Of a stretch of 64,000 bases of DNA, positions 10,454 through 20,232 are shown piece by piece. The notes below the pieces were generated by a model, which was not told the origin of the DNA, did not search any database, and saw nothing but the letters and a program-made list of their open reading frames with translations. Both the position numbers and the translations under genes were made by a program. Source of the stretch: an uncultured delta proteobacterium (GTDB lineage Bacteria > Desulfobacterota > Binatia > DP-6); assembly GCA_963815115.1 (NCBI GenBank), contig CAWFFN010000005.1, positions 1,632,001-1,696,000 on the forward strand, given 5' to 3'. Positions within the stretch are counted from its first letter, which is position 1, and every line of letters begins with the position of its first letter.

Positions 10454-13400
10454 TCAGGCCGGGGGCCGGTAGTCGGCGCGCTGCCACTTGCGCTCGACCT
10501 CGACTCCCCGCTGCGGCGTCGGGTGTCCGAAGCGATGGTTCACGCGAGGCAGCGGACTCTCCCCGATCTCGGGCAGCACGCGCATCGCCACGACGGCCTC
10601 CTTGTATGCCGGTGTGTGCGTGACCGGATCGGTGTGGCTTCCGGTCAGCCGGTTGACGGGATTCTCGGTCGAGTTCATCGGCATGTACATGTCCCTGCCG
10701 TGGACCCGGTCCGTGACCAGCGCGCGAACCCGCACCTGGCCATAGCGCGAGGTCAGCTGTACCCAGGTCCCGTCCTCGATCCCGCGCTCGGCCGCCAGCT
10801 CCGGCGACACCTCCACGAACGTGTCCGGTGTCCTGGTGCGGATCCCCGCGCTTCGGTAGGTGAGGTTGCCCTCGTGGAAATGCTCGAGGAGGCGGCCGTT
10901 GTTGAGCCGGAGATCGAACTCGGCATCGGGCTGCTCGACGGGTTCCGTCCAGGCCACCGGGAAGAGCCTGGCCTTGCCGTCCGGGAAGGCGAACCCCTTC
11001 GTGTAGTGCAGCGGCTGGTCGGTGCCGTCCGCGGCGACAGGCCATTGCAGCGAACGGTATCCCTCCAGCCGCTCGTAGCTGACGCCGGCGAACATCGGGG
11101 TGAGCGCCGCGATCTCGCGCATGATCTCCGCGGGGTGATCGTAGTGCCAGCGCGCGCCGAGACGCCGTGCGAGATCCTGGAGGATCTCCCAGTCCGGCCG
11201 GCTGCCCTGGAGCGGCTCGAAGACACGGTAGAGGCGCTGGATCCGCCGCTCGGTGCTGGTGAACGTCCCTTCCTTCTCGAGGCTCGGGCAGGCGGGCAGG
11301 ACGACGTCGGCATAGCGGCAGGTCTCGCTGAAGAAGATGTCCTGTACGACGAAGAAGTCGAGCTTCGCCAGGGCGGCGTCGACGTAGTTCGCGTTCGAGT
11401 CGACGATGCCGAATTCCTCGCCGAGGAGATACAGGGCTCGGAGCCCGCCCCGGTGGATCGCGTCCACCATCTCGTGGTTGTCCAGCCCCTTGGTGGTGGG
11501 CAGCGCAACCTGCCACGCCCCCTCGAACCGTGCCCGGACCTGGGGGTCGCCGACCGGCTGGTAGCCGGGGAGCGTGTTGGGCATGGAGCCGTTGTCGCTC
11601 GTGCCCTGGACGTTGTTGTGTCCGCGGAGCGGATACGCGCCCGTGCCCGGCCGCATGTAGTTGCCGGTGAGGAGGAGGAGGTTCGAGATGGCCGTCGACG
11701 TATCGGAGCCGTTGATCTGCTGGGTGACGCCCATGGCCCAGAGAATGCAGACGCGCTCCGCTTCGGCGATCATGTGCGCGACCTGCTCGAGGGTATCGAC
11801 CGGCACGCCACAGATCCGCGCGGCCGCCTCCATCGAGAACGGCTCGAGGCTGCTGCGGTACGCATCCAGCCCGTGCACCCACTTCTGCAGGAACTCCGTA
11901 TTGGCCAGGTCGTTGTCGAGCAGATAGCGGCTGACCGCCGACAGCCAGACGAGATCGGTGGCCGTGTTGGTGCGCAGGAACACGTCGGCCCGCCGCGCCA
12001 TCTCGTGCTCTCGTCGATCCGAGACGATCAGCTTCTGGCCGCGGAGCTTGTGGGCGCGCTTCACCCGCGTCGCCAGCACCGGGTGACTCTCGGCGGTGTT
12101 GCTGCCGATGATGACCACGAGCGCGGCCTGCTCGATGTCGGCGATCGAGCCGGAATCGCCACCATGGCCGACCGTGCGAAACAGCCCCGTGGTCGCGGGC
12201 GCCTGGCAGTAGCGCGAGCAGTTGTCGATGTTGTTCGTGCCGACCACGGCGCGCGCCAGCTTCTGCATCAGGTAGCTCTCCTCGTTGGTACACTTCGAGG
12301 AGGCGATCAAGCCGATCGCGTCGGGACCGTGGGCCGCCTTCACGTCGCTCAGCCGGCGTGCCACCAGGTCGAGCGCTTCATCCCAGGTGGCGGAGCGAAA
12401 GCGGTCGCCCTCACGGATGAGCGGCTTCGTCAGCCGGTCGCTGCTGTTGACGTAGTCCCAGGCGAACTTTCCCTTCACGCAGGTGGAGATGCCGTTGGCC
12501 GGACCTTCCGCCGGCTCGACCTTCAGGATGTGGCGGTCCTTGGTCCAGACGTCGAAGGTGCAGCCGACGCCGCAGTAGGTGCAGACCGTCTTCGTGCGCC
12601 GGATGCGTGCCTCGCGCATCGCCGCCTCGGCTTCCGAGACCCGCAGGATCGGCCCGTATCCGGTCTCGGGCTCGACGGCCTTGACCACGTCGATCATGCC
12701 GTTCAACGCGGACGTCGGCAGCGCCGTCAAGAAGCCCGCGTGCCCGAGCATCGTCGTCTCCATCAGCGCGTTGCACGGGCACACGGTGACGCAGTGGCCG
12801 CACGAGACGCAGCTCGACTCGCCGATCGGGGCGCCGCCGTCCCACAGCACGCGCGGGTGGGGATCTTCCCAGCGGATCGACAGCGTCTCGTTCACCTGCA
12901 CGTTCTGGCACGCCTCGACGCAGCGCCCGCAGAGAATGCACTGGCTCGGGTCGTAGCGATAGAACGGATTGGAGTGATCGACCGGGTATGGCTTCGGCAG
13001 GAAGGGAATTCGCTGGTTCTCGACGCCCAGCAGCGTGGTGGTGTCGTGGACGAGGCAATTCCCGTTGTTGTTGTCACACACCGTGCAGTAGAGCTGGTGG
13101 TTGCCGAGGATGCGGTCGAACGCCGCGCGCTGCGCATGCCTCGCTGCCACGGACGTGGTCGACACCACCATGGCGTTCGTGGCCTCCACCGCGCACGCTC
13201 GCAGCAGCGCGCCGTCGACCTCCACCATGCAGGTGTCGCAGGTCTGTATGGGGCCGAGCTGCGGGTGATAGCAGACCTGCGGAACCTCGAGGCCGAAGCG
13301 GTTCAGCAGGTCGATGAGGCGCTCGCCCGGCGCTGCCTCGTGGAGCTTCCCGTCCACGATCACGTTCGTATCGAATCCCCCCCTTCGGGGTTGGTCAATA

Positions 13401-13555
13401 GCACACGGCGCCGGCTCCGTGGCGAGACCGGCTCGCGGCGATACCGCTCGAGTTCCCGCTGGGGTGAACCTCACACCGGTCCGTTGTGCATCATCCGGGC
13501 CAACGACCCGATCGGGCTGGCTGCCGATCCGACGCCATCGCGTCCGAATTGTCAT
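10454..13555 (-). CDS. fdhF: Formate dehydrogenase alpha subunit, molybdopterin (YjgC/YrhE type) with N-terminal 2Fe-2S/4Fe-4S clusters
   Basis: CYHP..CDTC, HxxxCxxC, CILCGRCVEAC, CVSCGHCVTVC, CTYCGVGC and LRGHNNVQG motifs. The true start may be the GTG at 13363, which has an AGGGGG upstream. Confidence 0.93.
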   Translation of the reverse strand: MTIRTRWRRIGSQPDRVVGPDDAQRTGVRFTPAGTRAVSPRAGLATEPAPCAIDQPRRGGFDTNVIVDGKLHEAAPGERLIDLLNRFGLEVPQVCYHPQLGPIQTCDTCMVEVDGALLRACAVEATNAMVVSTTSVAARHAQRAAFDRILGNHQLYCTVCDNNNGNCLVHDTTTLLGVENQRIPFLPKPYPVDHSNPFYRYDPSQCILCGRCVEACQNVQVNETLSIRWEDPHPRVLWDGGAPIGESSCVSCGHCVTVCPCNALMETTMLGHAGFLTALPTSALNGMIDVVKAVEPETGYGPILRVSEAEAAMREARIRRTKTVCTYCGVGCTFDVWTKDRHILKVEPAEGPANGISTCVKGKFAWDYVNSSDRLTKPLIREGDRFRSATWDEALDLVARRLSDVKAAHGPDAIGLIASSKCTNEESYLMQKLARAVVGTNNIDNCSRYCQAPATTGLFRTVGHGGDSGSIADIEQAALVVIIGSNTAESHPVLATRVKRAHKLRGQKLIVSDRREHEMARRADVFLRTNTATDLVWLSAVSRYLLDNDLANTEFLQKWVHGLDAYRSSLEPFSMEAAARICGVPVDTLEQVAHMIAEAERVCILWAMGVTQQINGSDTSTAISNLLLLTGNYMRPGTGAYPLRGHNNVQGTSDNGSMPNTLPGYQPVGDPQVRARFEGAWQVALPTTKGLDNHEMVDAIHRGGLRALYLLGEEFGIVDSNANYVDAALAKLDFFVVQDIFFSETCRYADVVLPACPSLEKEGTFTSTERRIQRLYRVFEPLQGSRPDWEILQDLARRLGARWHYDHPAEIMREIAALTPMFAGVSYERLEGYRSLQWPVAADGTDQPLHYTKGFAFPDGKARLFPVAWTEPVEQPDAEFDLRLNNGRLLEHFHEGNLTYRSAGIRTRTPDTFVEVSPELAAERGIEDGTWVQLTSRYGQVRVRALVTDRVHGRDMYMPMNSTENPVNRLTGSHTDPVTHTPAYKEAVVAMRVLPEIGESPLPRVNHRFGHPTPQRGVEVERKWQRADYRPPA

Positions 13556-13646
13556 TGACGCCGGGAAGGAAACAGGAATCCCTCGGAAGACTGAGTGACA
13601 GCCGCGATTGCCTCGACCGGACGTCGTCTCGACGGGGAGGGAACCG

Positions 13647-14072
13647 ATGAGGGCAAGGCTCGCAGCGCTGGTCGTCGTACTGGGCTCTGGCGGGATGGTT
13701 GCGTTCCCGACGTCCGGCTGGAGCGCGGACCCGTCGGACCAGGGCCGAACGTCGTCCGTGCCGGTCGCTCGGGAATACTCGGTGCTCGGCGCAGCGAGAG
13801 ACTCGCTCTTCGGCGATCCCTACGTCGATCCCGAACGGTGGCAGCCGCTGTCTCTCAGCACCTTCCTGAGCGAGGGGTGGGACGAGCCCTGGATCAATCC
13901 GCCGAAGGGCGGGGGCGGTGCCCCGAGGCAGAGCTGGCTCAACGCCTTCAACGGCGTCTTCTATCGCCTCTTCAGCTTCACGTTCGACTGGGCGCACGAT
14001 GGGGGCGACGACAACGAACCTGAGCCAGCTGACGGACAAACGGGGAGCCAGATCTCCATGGGAACCGGGTAG
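13647..14072 (+). pseudogene. Secreted/outer-membrane protein N-terminal fragment (apparently truncated)
   Basis: Signal peptide (MRARLAALVVVL) and a plausible folded segment (W.PLSLSTF.SEGW.EPW..PP..GGGAPRQ.WLN.F.GVFYR), then an abrupt run into a convergent fragment. Confidence 0.5.
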
Positions 14073-14450
14073 CGGGTCTCGCGATCGATGTCCGGGATGA
14101 CGAGCGGCCGCTGCGTCTGCCAGGCCGTGCCGGAGGGCGACTCGGCGACGGGTAGCACCGTCGGCGGGGCGACGGGATGCTTGACCGCCGCGGTCGTGTG
14201 CAGTCGCATGACGTCACCGACCGGATCGTGCAACACCATCACCATCTCGTTGAAGTGTGCCTCGCGGCTGAGGGCTGCGACGAGCTGGTGGAGCAGGCTC
14301 TCGAGGTCGCGGCACGAGGCGGTTGCCCAGGTGACCCCGAGCAGCGCCTGTGCGAGCTCCGCGGGCACGGCCGTGCCTGGACGGCGCGCACCGGTCGCGG
14401 TCCCCTCGGCCGGCCTGATCTGTGGCGCGGACAGGTCCTCCTCCCCATCT
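13961..14450 (-). pseudogene. GAF-domain fragment resembling the N-terminus of FhlA-type sigma54 activators
   Basis: LESLLHQLVAAL...VLHDPVGDVMRLH...ESPSGTAWQTQRPLVIPDIDRETRYP, then loss of similarity. No AAA+ or HTH domain follows. Boundaries approximate. Confidence 0.55.
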
Positions 14451-14574
14451 CCCGTGTAGACCCCCTCCCCGGCGAGGTAAACGCGGAAAGTGCCTTCAGG
14501 CGTTACATTTAATCGAACTCTCCGCCCCGGAAAGCCTCCCATTCCGCGGTTCCTTTGCGTTACATTCCGGGTCG

Positions 14575-16395
14575 ATGTCGGCGGAAGCCACCGGCCTCCA
14601 GGAGGAGCTGCGCTTCGAGGTCAATCGCCTGGTGGTCGACCGGACCAGGGTGGCGCTGTGGATCGGATTGACGACGGTGGTCACGTTTGCCGCCAGCAAC
14701 CACCTGTGGTCGTCCCGGCCACCCCTGTGGAGCGACGTGATGAACCTCGTCACCGCCGTGCTCATCGGCATCGCCTTCGCGGTGCTGACGCTTCCGTCGA
14801 TCCAGCGCCGGCCGGTTCCCTTCGCCCTGGTCATCTTCGCCTTCGGGTGCTGCTCCCGGGCGATCGCCGGCGTGGGCCACGGCGACGTCGCCACGACCGC
14901 CATCACCCTCGTGGCGCTGGCGCTCATCGGCGCGGCCACGATGCCCTGGGGAGTGGTGGCCCAGGTGGCCACGGCAGGAATCGCCGGAAGCGCGATCGTG
15001 ACCAACAGCTATTTCGTCACCGGCGATCTCGCCGGGCCGCCCGGGCAGGCCGCCACGGCGGTGGCGCTCGCGCTCGTGGTCTCGGTCGGGCTCGCCGTCG
15101 AGCTGCAGCGCCATCGCGTGCGCATGCTCGGCGAGATACTGCGACGCCGGCATGCCGAGGCGAGCCTGGCACAGCTCAACGCCGAGCTCGAGCATCGGGT
15201 GCAGCAACGTACCGAGCAGCTCGACGGCACCACCCGCCACCTCGCGCGCGAGGTGCAGGAGCACCAGCACGCCATCGCGGGCATGCGAGAGAGCGAGCGT
15301 CGCCTGCAGGAGGTGCTGGATCACGCCATGGTCGCGATCTATCTGCGGGATGCGGAGGGGCGCTACGTGCTGGTCAATCGCCACTGGGAGCGACGGGCCG
15401 GACGCCAGGCGGCGGACGTCGTCGGCAAGGGTGTCGAGGAGATCATGCCGCCGGAGGCAGTCGACGCGCTGAACGCGCACAATCGCCAGGTGCTCGAGTC
15501 ACGACAGCCGATGCAGTTCGAGGAGACCATCCCGCAAGCCGACGGGGTGCGCACGTGGGTGTCGGTCAAGTTCCCGCAGTTCGATGCCAACGGCGAGCCG
15601 GTCGGGGTCTGGGGAATCTCGACCGACATCACCGGGCGCAAGCGGGCCGAGGAGCAGGCGCGGCAGCATCAGGCCGAGCTGGCGCACGTGCTCCGGGTCG
15701 GGACCATCGGGGAGATGGCGGCCGGCTTTGCGCACGAGATCAATCAACCGCTCGGCGCCGTGGCCAACTACGCACAGGGTGCGGTGCTGCGGATGCGCAA
15801 CGGCACCGTGCAACCCGCGGAGCTGCTCCCGGTCCTGGAGGCGATGGCGCACGAGGCGCTCCGCGCCGGCGAGATCGTCAGGCGCATCCGGGACCTGGTG
15901 CGCAAGGAGCCCAGCGAGCAGAAGCCGTTCGACCTGAATACGCTGGTGCGCGACTCGGCCCGGATCATGGAGGGCGAGGCAGGTCAGCTCGGCATCCGGA
16001 TGCGGCTCGACCTGGCCGGGGAGCTGCCGCCGGTCGTGTGCAACGGCGTGCAGATCGAGCAGGTCATCCTGAACCTCGTGCGCAACGCGCTCGATGCCGT
16101 GCAGAGCCACGCCGACGCGGGGTGCATCGCCATCTCCAGCGCCCCGGCGGGACGCGATGCCGTCGAGGTCTCGGTGCGCGACAACGGCGTCGGCCTGCCC
16201 GAGGAGCCGGTCGACGTGTTCGCGCCGTTCTATAGCACCAAGGCGAACGGCCTGGGCATGGGCCTGTCGATCAGCCGCTCGATCATCGAGGCGCACCACG
16301 GACAGGTGTGGGCCAAGCGCAACGCGGCCGGGGGGACCACCTTCTCCTTCACGCTGCCGCTCGGGGACGGCCGCACAGAAGGGCTGCGCCCCTAG
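14575..16395 (+). CDS. Membrane PAS-domain sensor histidine kinase (FixL/TtrS-like)
   Basis: About 5 TM helices, PAS/PAC, H-box AHEINQPL, N-box NLVRNALDA, G-boxes DNGVG and GLGMGLSIS. Confidence 0.92.
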   Translation: MSAEATGLQEELRFEVNRLVVDRTRVALWIGLTTVVTFAASNHLWSSRPPLWSDVMNLVTAVLIGIAFAVLTLPSIQRRPVPFALVIFAFGCCSRAIAGVGHGDVATTAITLVALALIGAATMPWGVVAQVATAGIAGSAIVTNSYFVTGDLAGPPGQAATAVALALVVSVGLAVELQRHRVRMLGEILRRRHAEASLAQLNAELEHRVQQRTEQLDGTTRHLAREVQEHQHAIAGMRESERRLQEVLDHAMVAIYLRDAEGRYVLVNRHWERRAGRQAADVVGKGVEEIMPPEAVDALNAHNRQVLESRQPMQFEETIPQADGVRTWVSVKFPQFDANGEPVGVWGISTDITGRKRAEEQARQHQAELAHVLRVGTIGEMAAGFAHEINQPLGAVANYAQGAVLRMRNGTVQPAELLPVLEAMAHEALRAGEIVRRIRDLVRKEPSEQKPFDLNTLVRDSARIMEGEAGQLGIRMRLDLAGELPPVVCNGVQIEQVILNLVRNALDAVQSHADAGCIAISSAPAGRDAVEVSVRDNGVGLPEEPVDVFAPFYSTKANGLGMGLSISRSIIEAHHGQVWAKRNAAGGTTFSFTLPLGDGRTEGLRP

Positions 16396-16430
16396 CCAGG
16401 CGGGCTGCGCCCGCGGGCGAGGGCTACGGG

Positions 16431-19400
16431 CTACTGCTCGAGTATGGCCTGCGCGAGGCGCAGGTCGCGCAGGTCCAGGCCTTCGCTGAACGCTGCGACC
16501 AGCGGCCGGAGGAGCGCCACGGCTTCGAGGCGCCGTCCCTGCTCCGACCAGAGCCGCGCCAGGTCGGTTGCCGCTCGCAGCTCGTGCATCGAGGCGTCGA
16601 ACTCCCGCGCCAGGTCGAGCGCGCGTCGGAAGCAGGCTTCCACCTCGGCTGCTCGTGCCGCCGGGTCGGTTCCCCAGAGCAGCAGGTCGCCGCGGGTGAG
16701 GTTCAGCTGGATGAGGTGGAAGCGCTGGCTCGTGCGCTCCGCGTCGGCCATCCCCTCGGCAACGAGTGCGAGCCCTTCGGCCACGCGACCCGTCATCCCC
16801 GTTGCGTGGGCGAGCAGCGCGATGGTCCCGGGCCGGGCCACGGCCGCGCCCGTGGCCTCGTAGCCGGCGAGGGAGTCGCGCAGACGGGCGATCGCGTCGT
16901 CGGGACGCCCCTGCAGCAGGCATGCCCAGCCCTCCAGGGTGGCGCCGACGGCGCGCTGGTACGCGAAGCCCTCCTCGTCCGAGATGGCAGAGGCGCGCGC
17001 GAGATGGGTCAGGGCAGCCTCCGACTCCCACCGGAACAGGCGGACCATGGCGGCCGACAGGTGCGCGAAGGTGAGTGAGAACGGATGCCCGAGGCGCTCG
17101 GCCAGCGCGAGCCCTTCCTCGACGCTCCGCAGGGCCTGGTCGGGAAGGCCACGTGCCCACTGCACCCACCCGAGCCAGCTCCGGCACGCGACGCCGGGAT
17201 CGTAGCCGCCGTACACGGACACGTGCACGGGATGGGTGTAGGGATCGTAGAGCACGAGCGCGCGCTCGAGGTGAACCTGCGCGCGTTCGAGCTTGACCAG
17301 GTCGTACAGCGTGACGCCGTGGCCGTAGTGGGCCTGGACCTGTGCCACCAGATCGTGCGTCTTCTCGCAGAGCGCGAGCAGCTCTTCGCCGACGTCGCGC
17401 GCCCTGCGATGCTCCGCACGCACCTGGTAGAACGACACCAGACCGCGGAGCAACGGGAAGAGGTGGGGTCCGCCGGTCGTCAGGCGCGAGAGGGCGTGCG
17501 CACGCTCGAAGACGCGTTCGACCACCGGCGCGGCGTAGCCGCGCGTGGACATGAGCGGCGTGGCGAGCTTCACCTGCAGCGCCAGCTCGAGCTCGTTGCG
17601 CTCCGCCGTCTCCGGCAGGGTGGCGAGCTGGCGGAGCGCCTTCGTGAAGTGCTCGATGGCCTCGTGGTCGGCGTGGCGTGCGACGGCGTTGTCACCCGCC
17701 CGCGTGTGGTACGACATGGCCTGTCGCGTGTCGCGCGCGGCCGCGAAGTGCGCGGCGAGCTCGCCGGCGATCTCGCCGGCATGGGCGCCGAATGCGGCCA
17801 CCTTGCGCGCGGCGATGCGCCGGTGCAGCCGGACGCGCCGCGCCTCGGCCACGCGGTCGTAGAGGACGTCGCGGTAGAGCGCGTGCACGAAGCGGTAGCG
17901 GCCGCTGATGGTTCCATCGGGCCACTCCTCGACACCGGCCGCGTGGATGAAGTGTCCCTTCCACGCCAGCGCCTCGAAGCGGTCGTCGAGCGCCTCGGCG
18001 TCGCACTGGAGCGCGGTCGCCACGCCGGCGATCGAGAACTCGGAGCCCATCACGCTGGCCGCCTCGAGCGCCTGTCGATCGTCGGGAGCGAGGGTCTCGA
18101 GCTGGCGCTCGATCATCTGCCGCAGGCTGTCGGGTACGGCCGACTCCAGGGCGCCGGCCCCGCCGCGCAGCGTCCAGCGTCCCGACTCCTCGGCGAGGAA
18201 GCCCTCGCGGACCGCGAAGTCGACCACGTTGACGAGGAAGAGTGGATGCCCGTCCGTGCGCTGATGGATCAGGCGCGCCAGGTCGTCGTCGACCCGGCCC
18301 CCCAAGAGGCGGCCGCGCAGGTAGTCGCCGACGTGCGGCGGTGCGAGCGGCGCGAGCTGGATCTCCTCGCCGCAGCGGCGCGCCTGGAGCTCCTGCGCGA
18401 TCGCGCGCAGCGGCAAATCGCCGCGCTTGGCCTCGGCGGGCCTGTAGGTGCCGATCAGCAGGAGGCGCGCGGTCGTCCGTCGCTGCGCGATGTAGGCGAT
18501 CAGCTCGAGCGTGGAGTGATCGCTCCAGTGCAGGTCCTCGAGCACCAGGACCATCGGTCGCTCTGCCGTGGCCGCTTCGAGCAGCTCGGCCATCTCGCGC
18601 AGCATGCGCTCGCGGGTAGCCCCCTGCGCGCGGTTCCGCAGTGCGCCGTGCTCCGACGGATCGAGCAGGGTGGGAAGCTGGGCCAGCCAGGTCGGCGCGT
18701 GGAGGCGCAGGTGGCTCATCAGGGACTCGCCGGCGGCGGTGCGCGCGAGGTGCGTCCATGCCTCGAGCACGGGCAGGTACGCCTCGCCGATCCCGTACTG
18801 CTCGACCGACTGTCCGCGCGCGACATGGGTGCCACCGGCGGCCTGGACGCGCTCGAGGAAGGCGTCCACGAGGGTCGTCTTGCCGATCCCTGCCGGGCCG
18901 CAGATGAAGGTCACTCCGCGGGTACCCCGGCGCGCGCGATCGAGCGCCTCCTGGAGGTGCGCGAGCTCGCGCTCGCGCCCGACCACCTGCGCCGCGAGCG
19001 CCAGGACGCCCACCGCGGTGGCCTCCGCCTCCTGAGCCCGCGCCGACACCTGGACGGCGAAGCGGTACTCCCGCTCCGGGGCCGGCGCCGCCGCGAGGCG
19101 CGCTACCGGCGCCGCCTCCCCGGGCGGCAGCGGTGTGAAGGCCGGGTCGCCGTAGAGGAGATAGCTCGCCCACGTGAGCCCCTGCCGGCCGCGCTGCGCG
19201 ATGATGGCATGGCGGGCCTCGAGGAGCGCCTGGCCGAGGCTCGCGCCCGTCGCCAGGGCGCGGTAGCACATGCTGGCGAAGAGCACGCTCTCGTCGTCGT
19301 GCACGACCCAGAACGTGCCCACGTAGTTGCGCACGCCGGCCAGTAGGAACGCGCTCCCGAGCCCGAAGGCGTGACCCTCGTATCGGTAGCCTCCCTCCCA

Positions 19401-20171
19401 GGGCGGACTCGTCCCCGCCTCGCACGAGTTCGAGAACACGAGCGCCGGGGCCGGCCGCAGCTTCGAGAGGTCGCTGGCGGTGAGCATGCCCTGGGCGAGC
19501 TGCCAGCCGCTGCGCGCGGGCGTCTCGGGATCGTAGCGGCTGTGGCCCGCGAAGTGCACGACGTCGTGCTCCTGGAGCGCGGCCAGCAGCGGGATGCGGC
19601 GCACACTCTTCCCGGCGATGAGCGTGACGTCGACGGCTGGCAGGGCGTCGAGCAGGCTGCAGAGCTGCTCGGCCTCGTCCCCCGCCTGCGGCAGCGTCTC
19701 CGTCGGATCCGCCACGAGGAGCACGCGAAGGTGTCTCCCGGGCTCACGCACCGGACCGGGCTCCGGGATCCGCCCGCTCGTGATCACCTGCCGCCCCATG
19801 CGGAACTTCGTCACCAGGAAGTCGCGGCCGTCGTGGCACAGCTCCCAGGGCACGTGGACCAGGCGCTCGTCCAGGCGCAGGTAGAGGTCGGCAGGCGCCG
19901 CCTCGCGCAGGCGCAGGCGTGCGGGCTCGGTCAGGAGGTGCGAGAAGACGAGGCCGCCGACGCGCTCGAGTGCCCGGGCCGACGCCCCGGCACCGCCGCG
20001 GGCCGCCGCGGCGAGGCGAGCCGTCTCGGCGGCGAGGTCACGGAGAAAGTCGTCGTCGACGTGCGTCTCGCTGCGGGGGATCAGCGATCCCAGCTCGGCG
20101 AGGTCGACGATGTTGAGATCACCCTGACGAAGGATGGTGAGCTGGATCGGAGTGCGTGACCGGTCCGGCAC
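16431..20171 (-). CDS. CHAT (caspase-like) protease + STAND/AAA ATPase + TPR-like helical repeat protein
   Basis: CHAT motifs VPWELCHDG, VHFAGHS (His), FSNSCEAG (Cys) and YLLYGDP. Walker A GPAGIGKTT, Walker B LVLEDLHW, GHPLF. C-terminal helical repeats. Confidence 0.88.
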   Translation of the reverse strand: MPDRSRTPIQLTILRQGDLNIVDLAELGSLIPRSETHVDDDFLRDLAAETARLAAAARGGAGASARALERVGGLVFSHLLTEPARLRLREAAPADLYLRLDERLVHVPWELCHDGRDFLVTKFRMGRQVITSGRIPEPGPVREPGRHLRVLLVADPTETLPQAGDEAEQLCSLLDALPAVDVTLIAGKSVRRIPLLAALQEHDVVHFAGHSRYDPETPARSGWQLAQGMLTASDLSKLRPAPALVFSNSCEAGTSPPWEGGYRYEGHAFGLGSAFLLAGVRNYVGTFWVVHDDESVLFASMCYRALATGASLGQALLEARHAIIAQRGRQGLTWASYLLYGDPAFTPLPPGEAAPVARLAAAPAPEREYRFAVQVSARAQEAEATAVGVLALAAQVVGRERELAHLQEALDRARRGTRGVTFICGPAGIGKTTLVDAFLERVQAAGGTHVARGQSVEQYGIGEAYLPVLEAWTHLARTAAGESLMSHLRLHAPTWLAQLPTLLDPSEHGALRNRAQGATRERMLREMAELLEAATAERPMVLVLEDLHWSDHSTLELIAYIAQRRTTARLLLIGTYRPAEAKRGDLPLRAIAQELQARRCGEEIQLAPLAPPHVGDYLRGRLLGGRVDDDLARLIHQRTDGHPLFLVNVVDFAVREGFLAEESGRWTLRGGAGALESAVPDSLRQMIERQLETLAPDDRQALEAASVMGSEFSIAGVATALQCDAEALDDRFEALAWKGHFIHAAGVEEWPDGTISGRYRFVHALYRDVLYDRVAEARRVRLHRRIAARKVAAFGAHAGEIAGELAAHFAAARDTRQAMSYHTRAGDNAVARHADHEAIEHFTKALRQLATLPETAERNELELALQVKLATPLMSTRGYAAPVVERVFERAHALSRLTTGGPHLFPLLRGLVSFYQVRAEHRRARDVGEELLALCEKTHDLVAQVQAHYGHGVTLYDLVKLERAQVHLERALVLYDPYTHPVHVSVYGGYDPGVACRSWLGWVQWARGLPDQALRSVEEGLALAERLGHPFSLTFAHLSAAMVRLFRWESEAALTHLARASAISDEEGFAYQRAVGATLEGWACLLQGRPDDAIARLRDSLAGYEATGAAVARPGTIALLAHATGMTGRVAEGLALVAEGMADAERTSQRFHLIQLNLTRGDLLLWGTDPAARAAEVEACFRRALDLAREFDASMHELRAATDLARLWSEQGRRLEAVALLRPLVAAFSEGLDLRDLRLAQAILEQ

Positions 20172-20232
20172 GGGCCCGGGGCAGGTCTATCAGGCGCCCC
20201 CGGGCGTCGAAAGGGCGTGGCCCGCTCCCCGA

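Noticed and set aside
10454-13555. Selenocysteine recoding in the FDH
   Set aside because: The ORF is uninterrupted and the active-site residue is an ordinary Cys codon.
9863-13558. 1231-aa plus-strand ORF
   Set aside because: Antisense shadow of the formate dehydrogenase gene. High GC suppresses stop codons and there are no recognisable motifs.
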